From: Octopus vulgaris
Taxonomy: Eukaryota
Length of the DNA: 64,000 bases
Assembly: GCA_951406725.2 (NCBI GenBank)
Contig: OX597819.1
Span: forward strand, 84,816,001-84,880,000
Direction: 5' to 3'
The notes below the pieces were generated by a model, which saw nothing but the letters and a program-made list of their open reading frames with translations, did not search any database and was not told the origin of the DNA. Made by a program: the position numbers and the translations under genes. The number at the start of each line of letters is the position of its first letter. Position 1 is the stretch's first letter. Positions 52,401 through 63,435 of this stretch are shown here, piece after piece.

Positions 52401-55400
52401 ATGACCTTTATATGTTGACTTGTCAAATTTCTTTATAGCTCTCTTCAAGTCAAAAGTGTTCCAAAAATATATAAAACTTTGAGTGCTTAAAAATAAAAAT
52501 AAAAACATTATACTTATACATACATACAGAAAATCAAATGAATAAATGAACTGAGGTATTTCAGATTGCAAGACATTGATGTCATAGGAGAGAAATGTGT
52601 CCACATGGATGATGGTGCACTTGTTTTTAATGAGTCTGCAAAGAAAGAAGCTTGGAGATGCCATTATGAAAGACTGCTGAACATGGAGAATGAATGGGAG
52701 GAGAGTCTGCCAAATGTTGACCCAACTGAGGGACAAGCTATTTGAATTGACAGTACCCTGGTAGATAGAGCAATTAAGGATATGAAGACGGGGAAAGCCC
52801 TCGGTCCATCAGGAATCACAACTGAGATACTTAAAATATCTGGCAGAGTGGGTTATGGTCTAGTCATCCATATTGTAAATCAGGTGGTACATGAAGTAGT
52901 CATACCCAATGACTGGTGTAGCAGCATCATAGTCAACTGCAACAAAGGTAAAGGTGATGCCTTAGATAGAAATAATTACAGAGGTATCAAATTGCTGGAT
53001 CAGGTGGTGAAAGTTGTGGAGAGAGTCATAGTCCAACTAATCTGAGAGAGAATTAGTCTAGATGAGATGCAGCTTGGCTTTGCACTAGGGAGAAGCATCA
53101 CTGATGCTATATTTCTGGTAAATCAACTGCAGGAGAAATACTTAGTCTTAAGATAAACCTCTGTAATTGGCTTTTGTTGACTTTGAGAAAGCTTTTGACA
53201 GAGTCCCTTGGAACTAGGGATAGACAAGTGGTTGGTGAGAGCTGTACAAGCCTTGTACAGGGACACTACCAGTATGGTGAGGGTGGGCAATGAGTACAGC
53301 AAAGAATTCAGAGTACAAGTAGGGGTTCACTAAGGATTGGTGTTCAGCCCCCTCTTGTTCACCATATTCCTCCAGGCAATAACAGAGGAATTCAAGACAG
53401 ACTACCTCTAAGTGCTTCTCTATGCTGATGACCTTGCTCTTAAAGCTGAATCACTACCTGAACTAGAGAAATTCCAGGTATGGAAACAAGGTCTAGAATC
53501 AAAGGGCTTTAGATTTAACTTGGCAAAAACGAAAGTCATAGTAAGTAGGAAGGCAAACAAATCACAAATCCCCTCAGGTAGATGGCTCTGCTCAATCTGT
53601 AGAAAAGGTGTAGGTAGAAACTCCATAAGATGCATCCAGTATAAGCTTTGGACACACAAAAGGTGCAGCAACATCAAAGGAAGGTTAACAGAGAAACTAA
53701 CTTTTGTATGTGAAGTTGCACTGGCATAATAAATGATTAACATTTGCGGAAAACAGACTATCAACTGCCAGGAGGGAAAGCTAGAGGTAGTAGATAGCTT
53801 CCAGTATCTAGGCCACCAGGTTAGTAGTGGAGGTGGTTGTTCCGAGAGTGTAGCTGTGAGAATAAGATTAGGCTGGGCAAAGTTCAGACATCTCCTACCC
53901 CTGCTGGCAACAAAGGGCCTCTATCTCAGAGTGAAAGGCAGATTGTAATGGAAAGCTTTGTTGTACCACAGATTGGCATTATTTCAAGCCAGCTGGCTTT
54001 TTTTGTGCAAACTGCATGTGCATTTTTCTCGCATACGCGTAGTATCGATCACAACAGCTGATGTACTTGCATGTACAAATGCACGTTCCCATGGCTTTAT
54101 CGATGGCATTCTCACCTGGAATCGATTTTTGTGATTTTTTCAAGACTTATACACGCCCTGATACCATCGGTATCTACATATCAAATTTGAGCGCAATCAG
54201 ATGGAGGATGCCCGAGATCCAAGAAGACACACACATATATATATATAAACAAGAAAATATATATAATACAGACAGGAAAACAGAATTCAAAACATGATCA
54301 TACACATATTTTTCTTTAACTGGCAGACATTACAATGTGATGCATGAGGACAGAGTTTTGCACATTAACAATTATAAAACTGGTTTCAAATTAGTGGGAC
54401 TTGCCAAATATATATATATAACCATATCTTAGTCAGTCAGTGGAAGGACTTCACTACCTCATATGTTCTTAAAATTTAAATCCACATCTTTGTCTGTATA
54501 TCTACCTTCTCTATAATGTTGCCACTTGATTTGAAAATTTTTGTATTAATGGAAAACCTCTATAATTGGCATCTTAAATCTGTTGTAATACTTACAACAT
54601 TTAATAAAATGATGTAGTATATAACGATCGTATCAAATTACTGGAGTCATTCTTGTTGCTTATTTTGATTATATATATATAAACCTTGTGAGTGGATTTG
54701 GTAGATGAAAACTGAAAGAAGCTTGTTGTGTACATATGTATGTGTGTACCAGTGTTGGTATATTTACATCCCCATAACTTAGCACTTCAGCAAGACTGAT
54801 AGAACAAATACCAGACTTAACAAAAAATAAGTACTGGGGAGCGATTCATTCGACTAAAAATTCTTCAAGGTGATGCCCCAGCATGGACACAGTCTAATGA
54901 CCGAAACAAGTAAAAGACAAAAAAAATGGAAGATATATCTTACCTATATTTCTTGTTATCACTATTCTTAACAAGTGCAAACAGAGGGTTGACTGGGTGA
55001 AAAAGTTCCATCAAGTCATTCTGCAAAGTTCATACATTAATACGCATGTAGCAATAGTCACAAAATACACAATACTAAATGAAAGAGAATGTGGGCTTGA
55101 TGACCAGATTATCATGTTTTGATCTTAGTGGGTCATTTCAGCTTTGTGTAATCAAGGTCACATGTTCTCTATTTAGTATTTATTATTCGGTAATGACATG
55201 TTCAATAATAGGTGCGGGAGTGGCTGTGTGGTAAGTAGCTTGCTTACCAACCACATGGTTCCAGGTTCAGTCCCACTATAGTAGAAGTGTCTTGGTTTGA
55301 CCAAAGCCTTGTGAGTGGATTTGGTAGACAGAAACTGAAAGAAGCCCATCATATATATATGTGTGTGTGTGTTTGCCCTCCCAACATTGCTTGACAACCG

Positions 55401-58400
55401 ATATTGGTGTGTTTACATCTCTGTAACTTAGCAGTTCGGCAAAAGAGATCAATAGAATAAGTACTAGGCTTTCAAAGAATAAGTCCATGCTCCAGCATGG
55501 CCGCAGTCAAATGACTGAAATAAGTAAACGAGTAAAGCTTACAACAATAATTACATATCTGATACAGTAAATAAATTAATATTCTGCAAAAATATTTTTT
55601 GCTTGTTTCAGTCATTAGGCTATGGCCATGCTGGGGCACCACCTTCAAGAGATTTTAGTCAAATGAATTGACTGCAGTACTTTCTTTTTTTTAAAGCCTG
55701 TTAGTTATTCCATCAGGCTCATGCCGAACTGTTAAGTTACGGAGATGCCAACTCACCAACATCGGTTGTCAAGAAGTGGTGGAGAACAAACATAAAGACA
55801 CACACACACATATATATTATACACAACAGGCTTCTTTCAGTTTCCATCTACCAAATCCACTCACAAAATTTACACAGCCATGCCTAGGTTTGTGATAGTT
55901 TGTATAAATATTTAATTCTATGAAACTCATTGGTGTAATCATGGTGTGAGATTAACATCTGTGCTTTCAACTAATGGCTTTGTTTAGTTGCTTGACATAG
56001 CACCTTGAGCAACTGTTTCCTACTATAGCCTCAAATTAATAAAAAATATTTATGAATTTGTTTTACAAGATTCCTCATGTGAACTTATATGTTGAAACAT
56101 TGTTATACAACAGGATTGTTATTTCCTTTTTTCCTTGCCAAAGAAACACATGCACCATATATTCGTTCTTCACTCGTTTACTATTGTTCTTATTTTATCT
56201 TATGTCCATTGTCTGGAAATCTTTCATTACATATCTGTGATCTCTTCAGTGATTTTTCCATCCACATTTTTTTCCTCCTGTTCTGCTTAGTCCGTTCTGT
56301 TTTTCGATCAGAATGAATTTAACAGAAAGACACAATGGACTAAACAAAACAGGAGGATACACATGGATGGAAGAGTTGCTGAAGAGGTCACAGATGTGTG
56401 ACGAAAGATTTCCAGACAATGGACATAAGATAAAATAAGAACAGTGATAAATGAGTGAAGACAAATATACAGTGCATGTGTTTACTTGGCATGAAAAAAA
56501 TATGACCAGTCACTCTGCACTTTTGAAAACCTTTGGAATAAAACAACCCTGACTTATAAAACAGTTAAGGGCATCAGGCAGTAAACTGCTAGCACATATA
56601 AGGCCCCTAGCCAGCCCAAGATGGCATGGGGAAAATGGATGCTAAACAAATGAATGAATAAATATAAAATGTATCTCTTAATATTTTAGTAACCTAAAAT
56701 AAAACTTTACCTCACTGGTACCATATGGAAAGTTACCAACAAATAAACAAATTCCATTCTCGAAGGAGACAGTTTCATAATCATTCCTTAGAACTTTTCC
56801 AAGAGCAGAGGTATTCAATTCAGAATTAGTTTCATTTTCTTGCAGATTGAAACCAATATCTTCAAGTGGTGGCATGACTGCAGGTTTAGGTTCAAGTTGC
56901 TTGGAATTATGTATGTGAGATGTAGCTGATTTCTTTTCAGATTTCTTTGATTTAGTTTTCTGTGAAACCATTTTTTGGGGAGATTCTAGAAATAAAGTTC
57001 ACAGGTAAGATTCAACAAACGTAATTCAAGAAAATATGCATTACCACTTCTAATTATACAAATATAGTTATACTTAGTTATGGTTGGGAGTCTGTATGTA
57101 AGAAAATGATGTGCTGTTTTTCATCCAATGCTCTGAATGTATGTATAATTAAAAATCCATTGTGTTATTAATTCATAATACCATAATAATAATAATAATA
57201 ATAATCCTTTCTACTAAAGGCACAAGGCCTGAAATTTTGGGAGAGGGGCTAGTTGATTACATCAACTCCGGTGTTTCACTGGTACTTAATCTATCAACTG
57301 CAAAAAGATGAAAGGCAAAGGTGACCTTAGTGGAATTTGAACTCAGAACATAGCGGCAGATGAAATACTGTTAAGCATTTCGCCTGGCATGCTGATTCTG
57401 CCAGCTTGCTGCCTTAATAATGATGATGATAATAATAGTAATGCTGGCATTGCCGCCACCACCACCACCACTTAACGCCTGTTTTCCATGCTGACATGGG
57501 TTAGACAGTCTGACTAGATCTGCTATGCTGGAGAGCTGCACCAGACTCCAGTCTCTATTTTGGATTGGTTTCCATAGGTTCACCTCCATAAAAACAGGTC
57601 AGCAGGTGAGCATAATTTATGCTTGTTCATTCAACCAAATTCTAAATGTGCACCATGAGGTAGATAGAATTTACTGCTGCAAGGGACAGGATATTGTTTT
57701 ATTAGAGTAAAGTGTTCAGATCAAGTCTTCCAATATGTAGAAACGACTTGAAAGTTCACATTTAGTGAAGAGTTTTCAATCTAAATCAGCAGTGGCATGA
57801 TTAGATCTGAAATGTTTTTGATACCTGGAGAGTAAAAGCTTATTCAAAGTTACTCATTACATATGAGCATCCTCTGTGACACTGATAGCTTGATTGGAGG
57901 ATATCATATTGATAAAACTTAACTGTTTTATAAACATTGAGAAATGGTAAAAGAAATTGGAAATTTCTCAAGATATCATATGGTTCTGTACTTCAGAAAA
58001 AAGACAGTATATGAAGGCTGAGTTGAAAATATATATAATATATATTCAATACTTGAACTAAGAAGAAAGTTTTAATTGTAAGAATGAATGCATGAACAAA
58101 GTAAATATATAGAGATGTCAGAGAGTAATAATCAAGGTAATACTTGAAAAAGAATGTCAAAGAATAACAGTGACAGAATGGCAGCAAGAAAAAAATGGAT
58201 AAAGGTGATAGGAAATAGAGATTTTATTTTATCTAAGAATTGGCTGAAACTAGTAAAAGGCAAATAAAAAAAAAGAACTTAGAGAAATCAGTAAAAAAGA
58301 TTGTAATTGATGATGAAAACAATGATGAGGAATGTTATTAAGGAAGCAGAAGGTTTGGTAGTTAAATGGTTAAAAAAAATATAATTTTAGTTCATCATCA

Positions 58401-61400
58401 TCATCATGATCGTTTAACGTCCGCTTTCCATGATAGCATGAGTTGGACGATTTGACTGAGGACTGGCGAACCAGATGGCTGAACCAGGCTCCAATCTGAT
58501 CTGGCAGAGTTTCTACAGCTGGATGCCCTTCCTAACACCAACCACTCCAAGAGTGTAGTGGGTGCTTTTACATGCCACCGGCACGAGGGCCAGTCAGGCG
58601 GTACTGGCTCTTACAATTTGAAAAGTAACAAAAAAAAAAAATAAAGATTGGTGAATTTATAAAAAAAAAACCCTAGATATATAAGGCAGAATTTGGTGTC
58701 TTTCAGCTCAATACTATAATTCTGAATATAAAAATAACTATTGCATTTGACCTTTTCTTCCTTTATATCAAACCCATTTCTCAATGTTTGTAAAACAAAA
58801 GATAGAAGAAACAAACAATTTCAGTGAATTGATCTGTTGTTTCTACACTAACATTATATCCTTCCTTAATAAAGAAGTCTAAGAGAGCGGGTTTGGTGAC
58901 ACTAACACTTCAGGACTTTAGAAACGACATCACTTTGTTCTCTGACAAAATTACAGATGATCAGGCCCTTCTGTCTAGAGCAGTGGTTCTCAACCATTTT
59001 GCACCTATGAACCCCTTTGACTCCTATTTTCCCTGGATGGACCTTCCTAGTTATATAATGTTAAAAAGAGCATTCCATCATATTTTTATATCATTAGGAA
59101 TTGTATAAAAATAATTATTAAAATATTTTGTGTCTTGTAGAATTATAACCAATTTATTTTCCAGACAAAGATGAAATGTAATTTATTGAAATATGGAAAT
59201 ATATGTAAATTTATGCAAGAATGTTAAATATTATACATCTCTATATATATAAACGGCAAAATGTCTGTGTGTGTGTCCTTTATACAAATCCACAATTTTT
59301 CAGTTAGAGAGCTCACACTTTCTATGGTCATTCAAAACTGTCCAAGGGTGGTCGTGCACATCTTTACATTTCCCCAGTCACCCTGCAAAGCCATTAAAAA
59401 ATCAATAGAAGTGACTTTTTTGTGAATTTTCTATCCAAAACCCAATCAAAATGCCCGAAACTAGACATGCCAATTGAATGCCAGCTAGCTGTATGTGATT
59501 GGTCAGAGATTTGGACAGAACTCGCATGTATGTGCGCACGCACACAGCTGTATATGCATGCACTAGCACTATGACCCGGCGTTGCCGGGTCATAGTGCTA
59601 ATTATACATAAATGTTAATTAAATGTTTGTGCTTAAACTCACATCACTTAAAATAGTTAATTCAGTGAAAAGGAATATATGTTACAAAAGAAAAACAAAC
59701 AAAAAGAGAAAGAAAAAAAACATCAATGCAGCACCAAGTGCCTCAATTGGTCATACACTACAAGGTTCAATGGAACTTACTGAAGCTAACCAATTTATTG
59801 CAGATAAATTTTAACAACAATATCTTATATGAAGCCTGGTTGAAAATCACTGGTCTAGGGCATAAAGTGAATGCAATGAAGCTGCTCTATACCAGAACAG
59901 GAAGAAGATGGAATACACAATCTACAATATAGCCATCAGCTACTCAAGTGAGTTTCCAACTTTGAGTATCTTGGATCGTCCATAAAGAACTCAGAAAGGG
60001 ACATTAAAATGTGAGCTGGCCTTGCCTGGAAAGTGATCAATGATATAACAAATACCTGAACCTCAAATCTCTCCAGAAGTGAATCTTCAAAGCAACAAAT
60101 GAGACACTCCTCCCTTATGGGTTTGAAACTTGGCCTTCATTATTAGCTAGATGTAGAAAGTGATAGATAAGCAAGTATATGACGTCCTTTCCTAGTTGAC
60201 CAACAAGATAATAAGATGCAAGAAGCTTGCTGGGTAATGTCAGCAACAACCTGAGTTGTCTGGCCAACCAAGTTATAATCTAGAAACTGACCCATGGGAG
60301 CATGAACCCTGGGTGTCCTTTCAAAACCATTTTGAGACCTAGATGAACTTAAGACACTCATGATGGAATGTGATATGGAGTGAACATGCCTGTCTTAACT
60401 GCAAGTTGTAATAAATAAACAATGATGATGAGGAAGAGGACTGCCTTTAATAAATTCTCTCTTATTGTCCTCCTTATTTTAAGGAAAATTAGAAACAACT
60501 AAGAATGCCATTATCAATAGTTACTTTACAAGTACATTTGTGCATGTGTGCTATTTCCAAAAATGAAATAGATATATTCATTAGCAAGAATCTTGGTAGA
60601 TTAAAGTTAAACATTCTCAAAATGTTTTCCCCCAAAATATGCAGCATAAATGTTGAAAATTTAAGAAATATTTTAAAAAGTCTGGTTCTCGATTCCTATA
60701 TTTCAACCAAAATGATATGTTCTTGTGTTGGAAGACGAAGTGATTGACTTGCTAAATATACAGCTAAGCAATTCAAGCAGGAATCTTTTGTTACTCATTT
60801 ATTCTGAGGTGAAGAGCCTTGTTCAAAAACATTGGTCCTCACATCTCACACCAAGTAAACATTAACTCTTTTATTTATACCCACACCACATTTGATTGAT
60901 ATTGGTGCAGAACATTACTATCTTAATAATTCTAGTGACTATTTTCATTCATAAATTGTCCACAGATAAAAACAGATTTGGTTGAAACAAAGCTATGGTG
61001 CATATTGTTTCATGATCCTGGTTCATGGGATGGCTTAAGCTCAGCAGTGCAATAATGGGATGATTTTAATCATACAGTGATCTTGCTTCGTGCAATGGTA
61101 AACTGAACCTTTTACAGTATTAAATTACAGATAGACAAGCCAACAGTGGTATCACTTGATCTACTGAATTTAGCAACTAAATCTCTTTCAAATCCCATAT
61201 AATTATCTTATAAAGACAGACTGGTTATAGCTTGATAACCTATGAGCATAGGTCTGCTTAATTAAAAACAAATTGGGGCAAAACAACAATTACAGATAAG
61301 AGGATGGGATTAAATGATAAGAATAAAAACGTTGTGAACTGATGGAGAAAATGTATGCAACAGACAGACATCATCATTATTTAATGTCCGTTTTCCATGC

Positions 61401-62724
61401 TGGCATGGATTGGACAGTTTGACAGGAGCTGGCCAGCTGTTCAGACATCAGTTGTCTATTTTGGTAAGGTTTCTATGGCTAGATGCCCTTCTTAATGCCA
61501 ACCACTTTACAGAGTGTGCTGGGTGTCTTTTACATGCAACTAGCATGAGTATGTTTATGCAGCACCAGTACAAGTGCATTTTATGTGGTACCAGTATGAG
61601 CACATATTATGTGGCACCGGCACCTGCAAAGGACATGCCTGTATGTATGGATGACTACAAATTTACACAAATACTAAATACTAAAGTGATAGTGGGGGAG
61701 AATCATGATGAATATTTAGCAACAAAAATCTTGTAGAAGTGTGACCTGTTACAATAGAGAAAAATATTAATAATCAGTTTTAAAAAAGAATATTTACCCT
61801 CCATTATAGAATCATTACTTTTACTTTGCTGTTTGTATGACTTAATGATCAGTCTTCTTGACTTGAACAGCTTACCATATGACCTAAATATTTTGTCAAT
61901 ATCACTCTTGCATCCAACTTTAGCAAAAGCAAAACTGAAAGTATGAAACAAAGAACATTATGAACATCGTCAATAATAAAGAGTAGAAAATTTTTTTTAT
62001 CTCAATAAATAGAAGTGGTCATTTGATAAACAAGATTATAAAAACACATGCACTCCATCTCTCAAGCACTAGATCTTCTGAGTGTCTTATGTTACTGCAG
62101 CAACCTTTGTACTTCCAAATGTGCTAATTACACTGTGTAACATGATTTTTGTCCTTGAGTAGCAACTGTCATTTCCTATTTGCTTACCCTTTGAAAGTAT
62201 GATAAATGACTAATATTTCCTTCAAACCCTGCTTTTGTTACATTTATTCAAACTCCAAAGAATCCTTCTCGACACATGGCTATGATGCTCCCCCACTACT
62301 CCTGCTTATGCTCAGATATGCGTACATTGTCAACCACTCATGCTCAAGTGGTTAAGGTCAAGTAACTGACAAGCAAATCTGTGGTATTGAGCAGAATATT
62401 TGCTATAACGATATTTCTGCTTCAGCAATTCTGTGCTGAATCTATCTGAAGTGTAATGGAAAATAGGTCAGTTTCAAAATATTGATATCCAGCTCACAAA
62501 ATCAAATTAAAGGAAATAGTAGTCATTTCCTTTGATTTCTTTATAGGAAATAACACTCACTAACCAAAGACAAAAAAAAAAAATTTAATTTTGTTAGTGT
62601 TATGCCACTCCTATTGAAATTTACTTCTCTTTATATGCTCCACTGCATTGGAATGCCATTGCAAGCAATGGGTTGTTCTTATTTCTAAATCTGTTAACAG
62701 AGGAGACGCAAATGTCAGAAACCT
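33484..62724 (-). CDS. Gene B: RRM(-RRM)-extended Tudor protein, TDRD10/Vreteno-like architecture; exons 62625-62724?, 61798-61934, 56711-56985, 54944-55020, 52313-52485, 46661-46839, 42058-42176, 38564-38715, 38349-38428, 33484-33516?
   Basis: Eight internal exons join in frame with GT-AG and matching phases; RRM (LFVGNFP…SFIYF) and eTudor (VCITRVVNRYCFWAH…CVAMY…WFRGYI…VFFVDVGN…IWRLSPMA) motifs; first and last exons uncertain. Confidence 0.8.
33667..34745 (-). mobile_element. Internally deleted piggyBac, copy 2
   Basis: TTAA flanks, same TIRs, near-identical to copies 1 and 3; ORF 34033-34359 ends WFPITLNEIK. Confidence 0.9.
36219..36564. mobile_element. hAT MITE
   Basis: cagcagttctcaacc…ggttgggaaccccta; TSD ctctaaac. 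Confidence 0.8.
37925..38323 (+). mobile_element. Third retroposon family with internal ~57-65-bp tandem units and (GAT)n tail; other copies ~20265-20583, 38935-39247, 40405-40715(-), 49425-49870(-), 51746-52090, 58393-58608(-)
   Basis: Shared core gtggttggcgttaggaagggcatccagctgtagaaac…ccgtccaacccatgctagcatggaa plus (gat)n. Confidence 0.8.
38349..38428 (-). CDS. Gene B exon (KSFKELPGNVLQEKISLVILKLETASS)
   Basis: gtttcag|aa, tca|gtgagt; phase 1-0. Confidence 0.8.
38564..38715 (-). CDS. Gene B exon: Tudor core (GYILKIISSECAEVFFVDVGNIAEINFQFIRLSSDIIWRLSPMARAFKIP)
   Basis: ttccag|a, a|gtaagt; phase 2-1; FVDxGN Tudor signature. Confidence 0.9.
39935..40160 (-). mobile_element. Second SINE family (ggcggcgagctggcaga…gagttcaaattccgc…); other copies ~3815-4027, 14553-14762, 41760-41975(+), 57183-57420
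   Basis: B-box gttcaaatt; multiple similar copies. Confidence 0.8.
42058..42176 (-). CDS. Gene B exon: eTudor helix plus Tudor beta1-2 (…AGRCVAMYHSKWFR)
   Basis: ttttcag|aat, cg|gtaaat; phase 0-2. Confidence 0.88.
42542..43439 (-). mobile_element. Second family of deleted piggyBac (acidic N-terminus joined to C-terminal Cys-rich domain)
   Basis: TTAA flanks; TIR ccccttaatggat/atccattaaggga; minus strand MDEDLDILSDHESD… and IRRENRYMCNVCKITLCVTPCFKNYHSK*. Confidence 0.85.
43684..44287 (+). mobile_element. 5'-truncated RTE (BovB-like) LINE 3' end
   Basis: …FIFLGSKINRDGDCTPEIRRRI…YGYKTWTLKK…FELWCWRRLLRIPWTA; (ATAG)n tail; TSD gtatgaa; two stops near the end. Confidence 0.9.
46661..46839 (-). 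CDS. Gene B exon: eTudor N-terminal strands (…EIVVCITRVVNRYCFWAHVVSEK)
   Basis: ttttccag|aa, aag|gtaaat; phase 1-0; V-x-I-T-x-V-x(3-4)-FW motif of extended Tudors. Confidence 0.85.
46868..48142. mobile_element. Short piggyBac-type TTAA MITE split by copy 3
   Basis: ttaacccgtttgtta…gatcactTTAA[insert]aacagg…aaaagggtcaa; another copy at ~50840-51052. Confidence 0.7.
47027..48079 (+). mobile_element. Internally deleted piggyBac, copy 3 (opposite orientation), nested in a short TTAA MITE
   Basis: TTAA flanks, TIRs, ORF 47393-47683. Confidence 0.9.
49709..50573. repeat. 332-bp tandem repeat, ~2.6 copies
   Basis: Units start at 49709, 50041, 50373; near-identical ORFs offset by 332. Confidence 0.9.
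52313..52485 (-). CDS. Gene B exon: RNP1-alpha2-beta4 (STQSFIYFWNTFDLKRAIKKFDKSTYKGHVLLVS…)
   Basis: tttttaag|c, aag|gtaata; phase 2-1. Confidence 0.88.
52553..53946 (+). mobile_element. Degenerate RTE-clade LINE reverse transcriptase fragment
   Basis: GKALGPSG…NYRGIKLLD…AFVDFEKAFDRVP…LLYADDL…FQYLG motifs with stops and frameshifts. Confidence 0.9.
53947..54240. mobile_element. Helentron/HINE-like fragment
   Basis: ctacatatcaaatttgagcgcaatc followed by an (ac)n microsatellite; abrupt junction with the LINE. Confidence 0.4.
54944..55020 (-). CDS. Gene B exon (NDLMELFHPVNPLFALVKNSDNKKY)
   Basis: tttgcag|aat, ag|gtaaga; 77 nt. Confidence 0.85.
56127..56500. repeat. Long imperfect inverted repeat (~175-bp arms, short loop)
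   Basis: Same peptide CSYFILCPLSGNLS.HICDLFS on both strands in the ORF track. Confidence 0.9.
56711..56985 (-). CDS. Gene B exon: linker plus RNP2 (…GICLFVGNFPYGTSE)
   Basis: tttctag|aa, gag|gtaaag. Confidence 0.85.
58981..59852. mobile_element. hAT MITE containing a Helitron, inserted in a LINE fragment
   Basis: cagtggttctcaacc…ggttgaaaatcactg; TSD gtctagag/gtctaggg. Confidence 0.8.
59238..59601 (+). mobile_element. Non-autonomous Helitron-like element
   Basis: 5' TC-tctatatatataaa; 3' hairpin tagcactatgacccggc-gtt-gccgggtcatagtgcta. Confidence 0.7.
61798..61934 (-). CDS. Gene B exon: RNP1-like FAFAKV…DIDKIFRSYGKLFKSRRLIIKS (N-terminal RRM second half)
   Basis: ctttcag|t, gagg|gtaaat; phase-1 end fits exon 56985. 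Confidence 0.65.
62625..62724 (-). CDS. Gene B candidate upstream exon (…ICVSSVNRFRNKNNPLLAMAFQCSGAYKE), first half of a divergent RRM
   Basis: Donor aa|gtaaat phase 2 fits the next exon; acceptor ambiguous (62724 or 62690); a separate ATG ORF at 62802 is in another frame. Confidence 0.35.
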
Positions 62725-63032
62725 CTGAGTAAATAGATCATCGAAGGGAGTAGCAACTGTTAATAAAAACTGATAGTGGATTGAGGAAGACTCTTTAGAC
62801 ATACTCTACTGCCGGTAACACAATAAAATGCATAGAAACAACAAAAATCAGTAGCTTCATCTACAGCCATATGCATTGAAGAATGACAAGTGGTGTGATG
62901 CTTTTGTTCAACTCATAGCAACATGGGGGGAAAAATGGATGCAAGATGAAGATGACCCTCTTAGTAATTCCCCCAGTTTTGCAAATGTTTCTTTCCCAGT
63001 CAAATGGATTGGGGGGGGGGGGAACCAACACT

Positions 63033-63435
63033 AGGCGTAGGAGTAGCTGTGTGGTAAGTAACTTGCTTACAAACCACATTGTTCCGGGTTCAGTCCCACT
63101 GCATGGCACCTTGGGCAAGTGTCTTCTACTATAGCCTTGGGCCGACCAAAGCCCTGAGAGTGGATTTGGTAGACGGAAACTGAATGAAGCCTGTCGTATA
63201 TATGTCTATGTATATATTTATGTGTGTGTATATGTTTGTGTGTCTGTGTTTGTCCCCCAACATCGCTTGACAACTGATGCTGGTGTGTTTACGTCCCAGT
63301 AACTTAGCAGTTTGGCAAAAGAGACCGATAGAAGTATTAGGCTTACAAAGAATAAGTCCTGGGGTCGATTTGCTCGACTAAAGGTGGTGCTCCAGCATGG
63401 CCACAGTCAAATGACTGAAACAAGTAAAAGAGTAA
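63033..63435 (+). mobile_element. Full-length tRNA-derived octopus-type SINE (ggcgtaggagtagctgtgtggtaagt…gactgaaacaagtaaaagag); other copies ~16345-16700, 29255-29765, 37005-37387, 41010-41375(-), 49222-50815, 51522-52149(-), 55209-55536
   Basis: A/B-box-like head, central TA/TG microsatellite, conserved tail; many copies. Confidence 0.85.

Larger units (their letters stand above)
58880..60150 (+). mobile_element. Old RTE-like LINE RT fragment split by the hAT MITE
   Basis: DF.NDITLFSD…[hAT]…FEYLGS…LLPYGFETW remnants. Confidence 0.5.
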
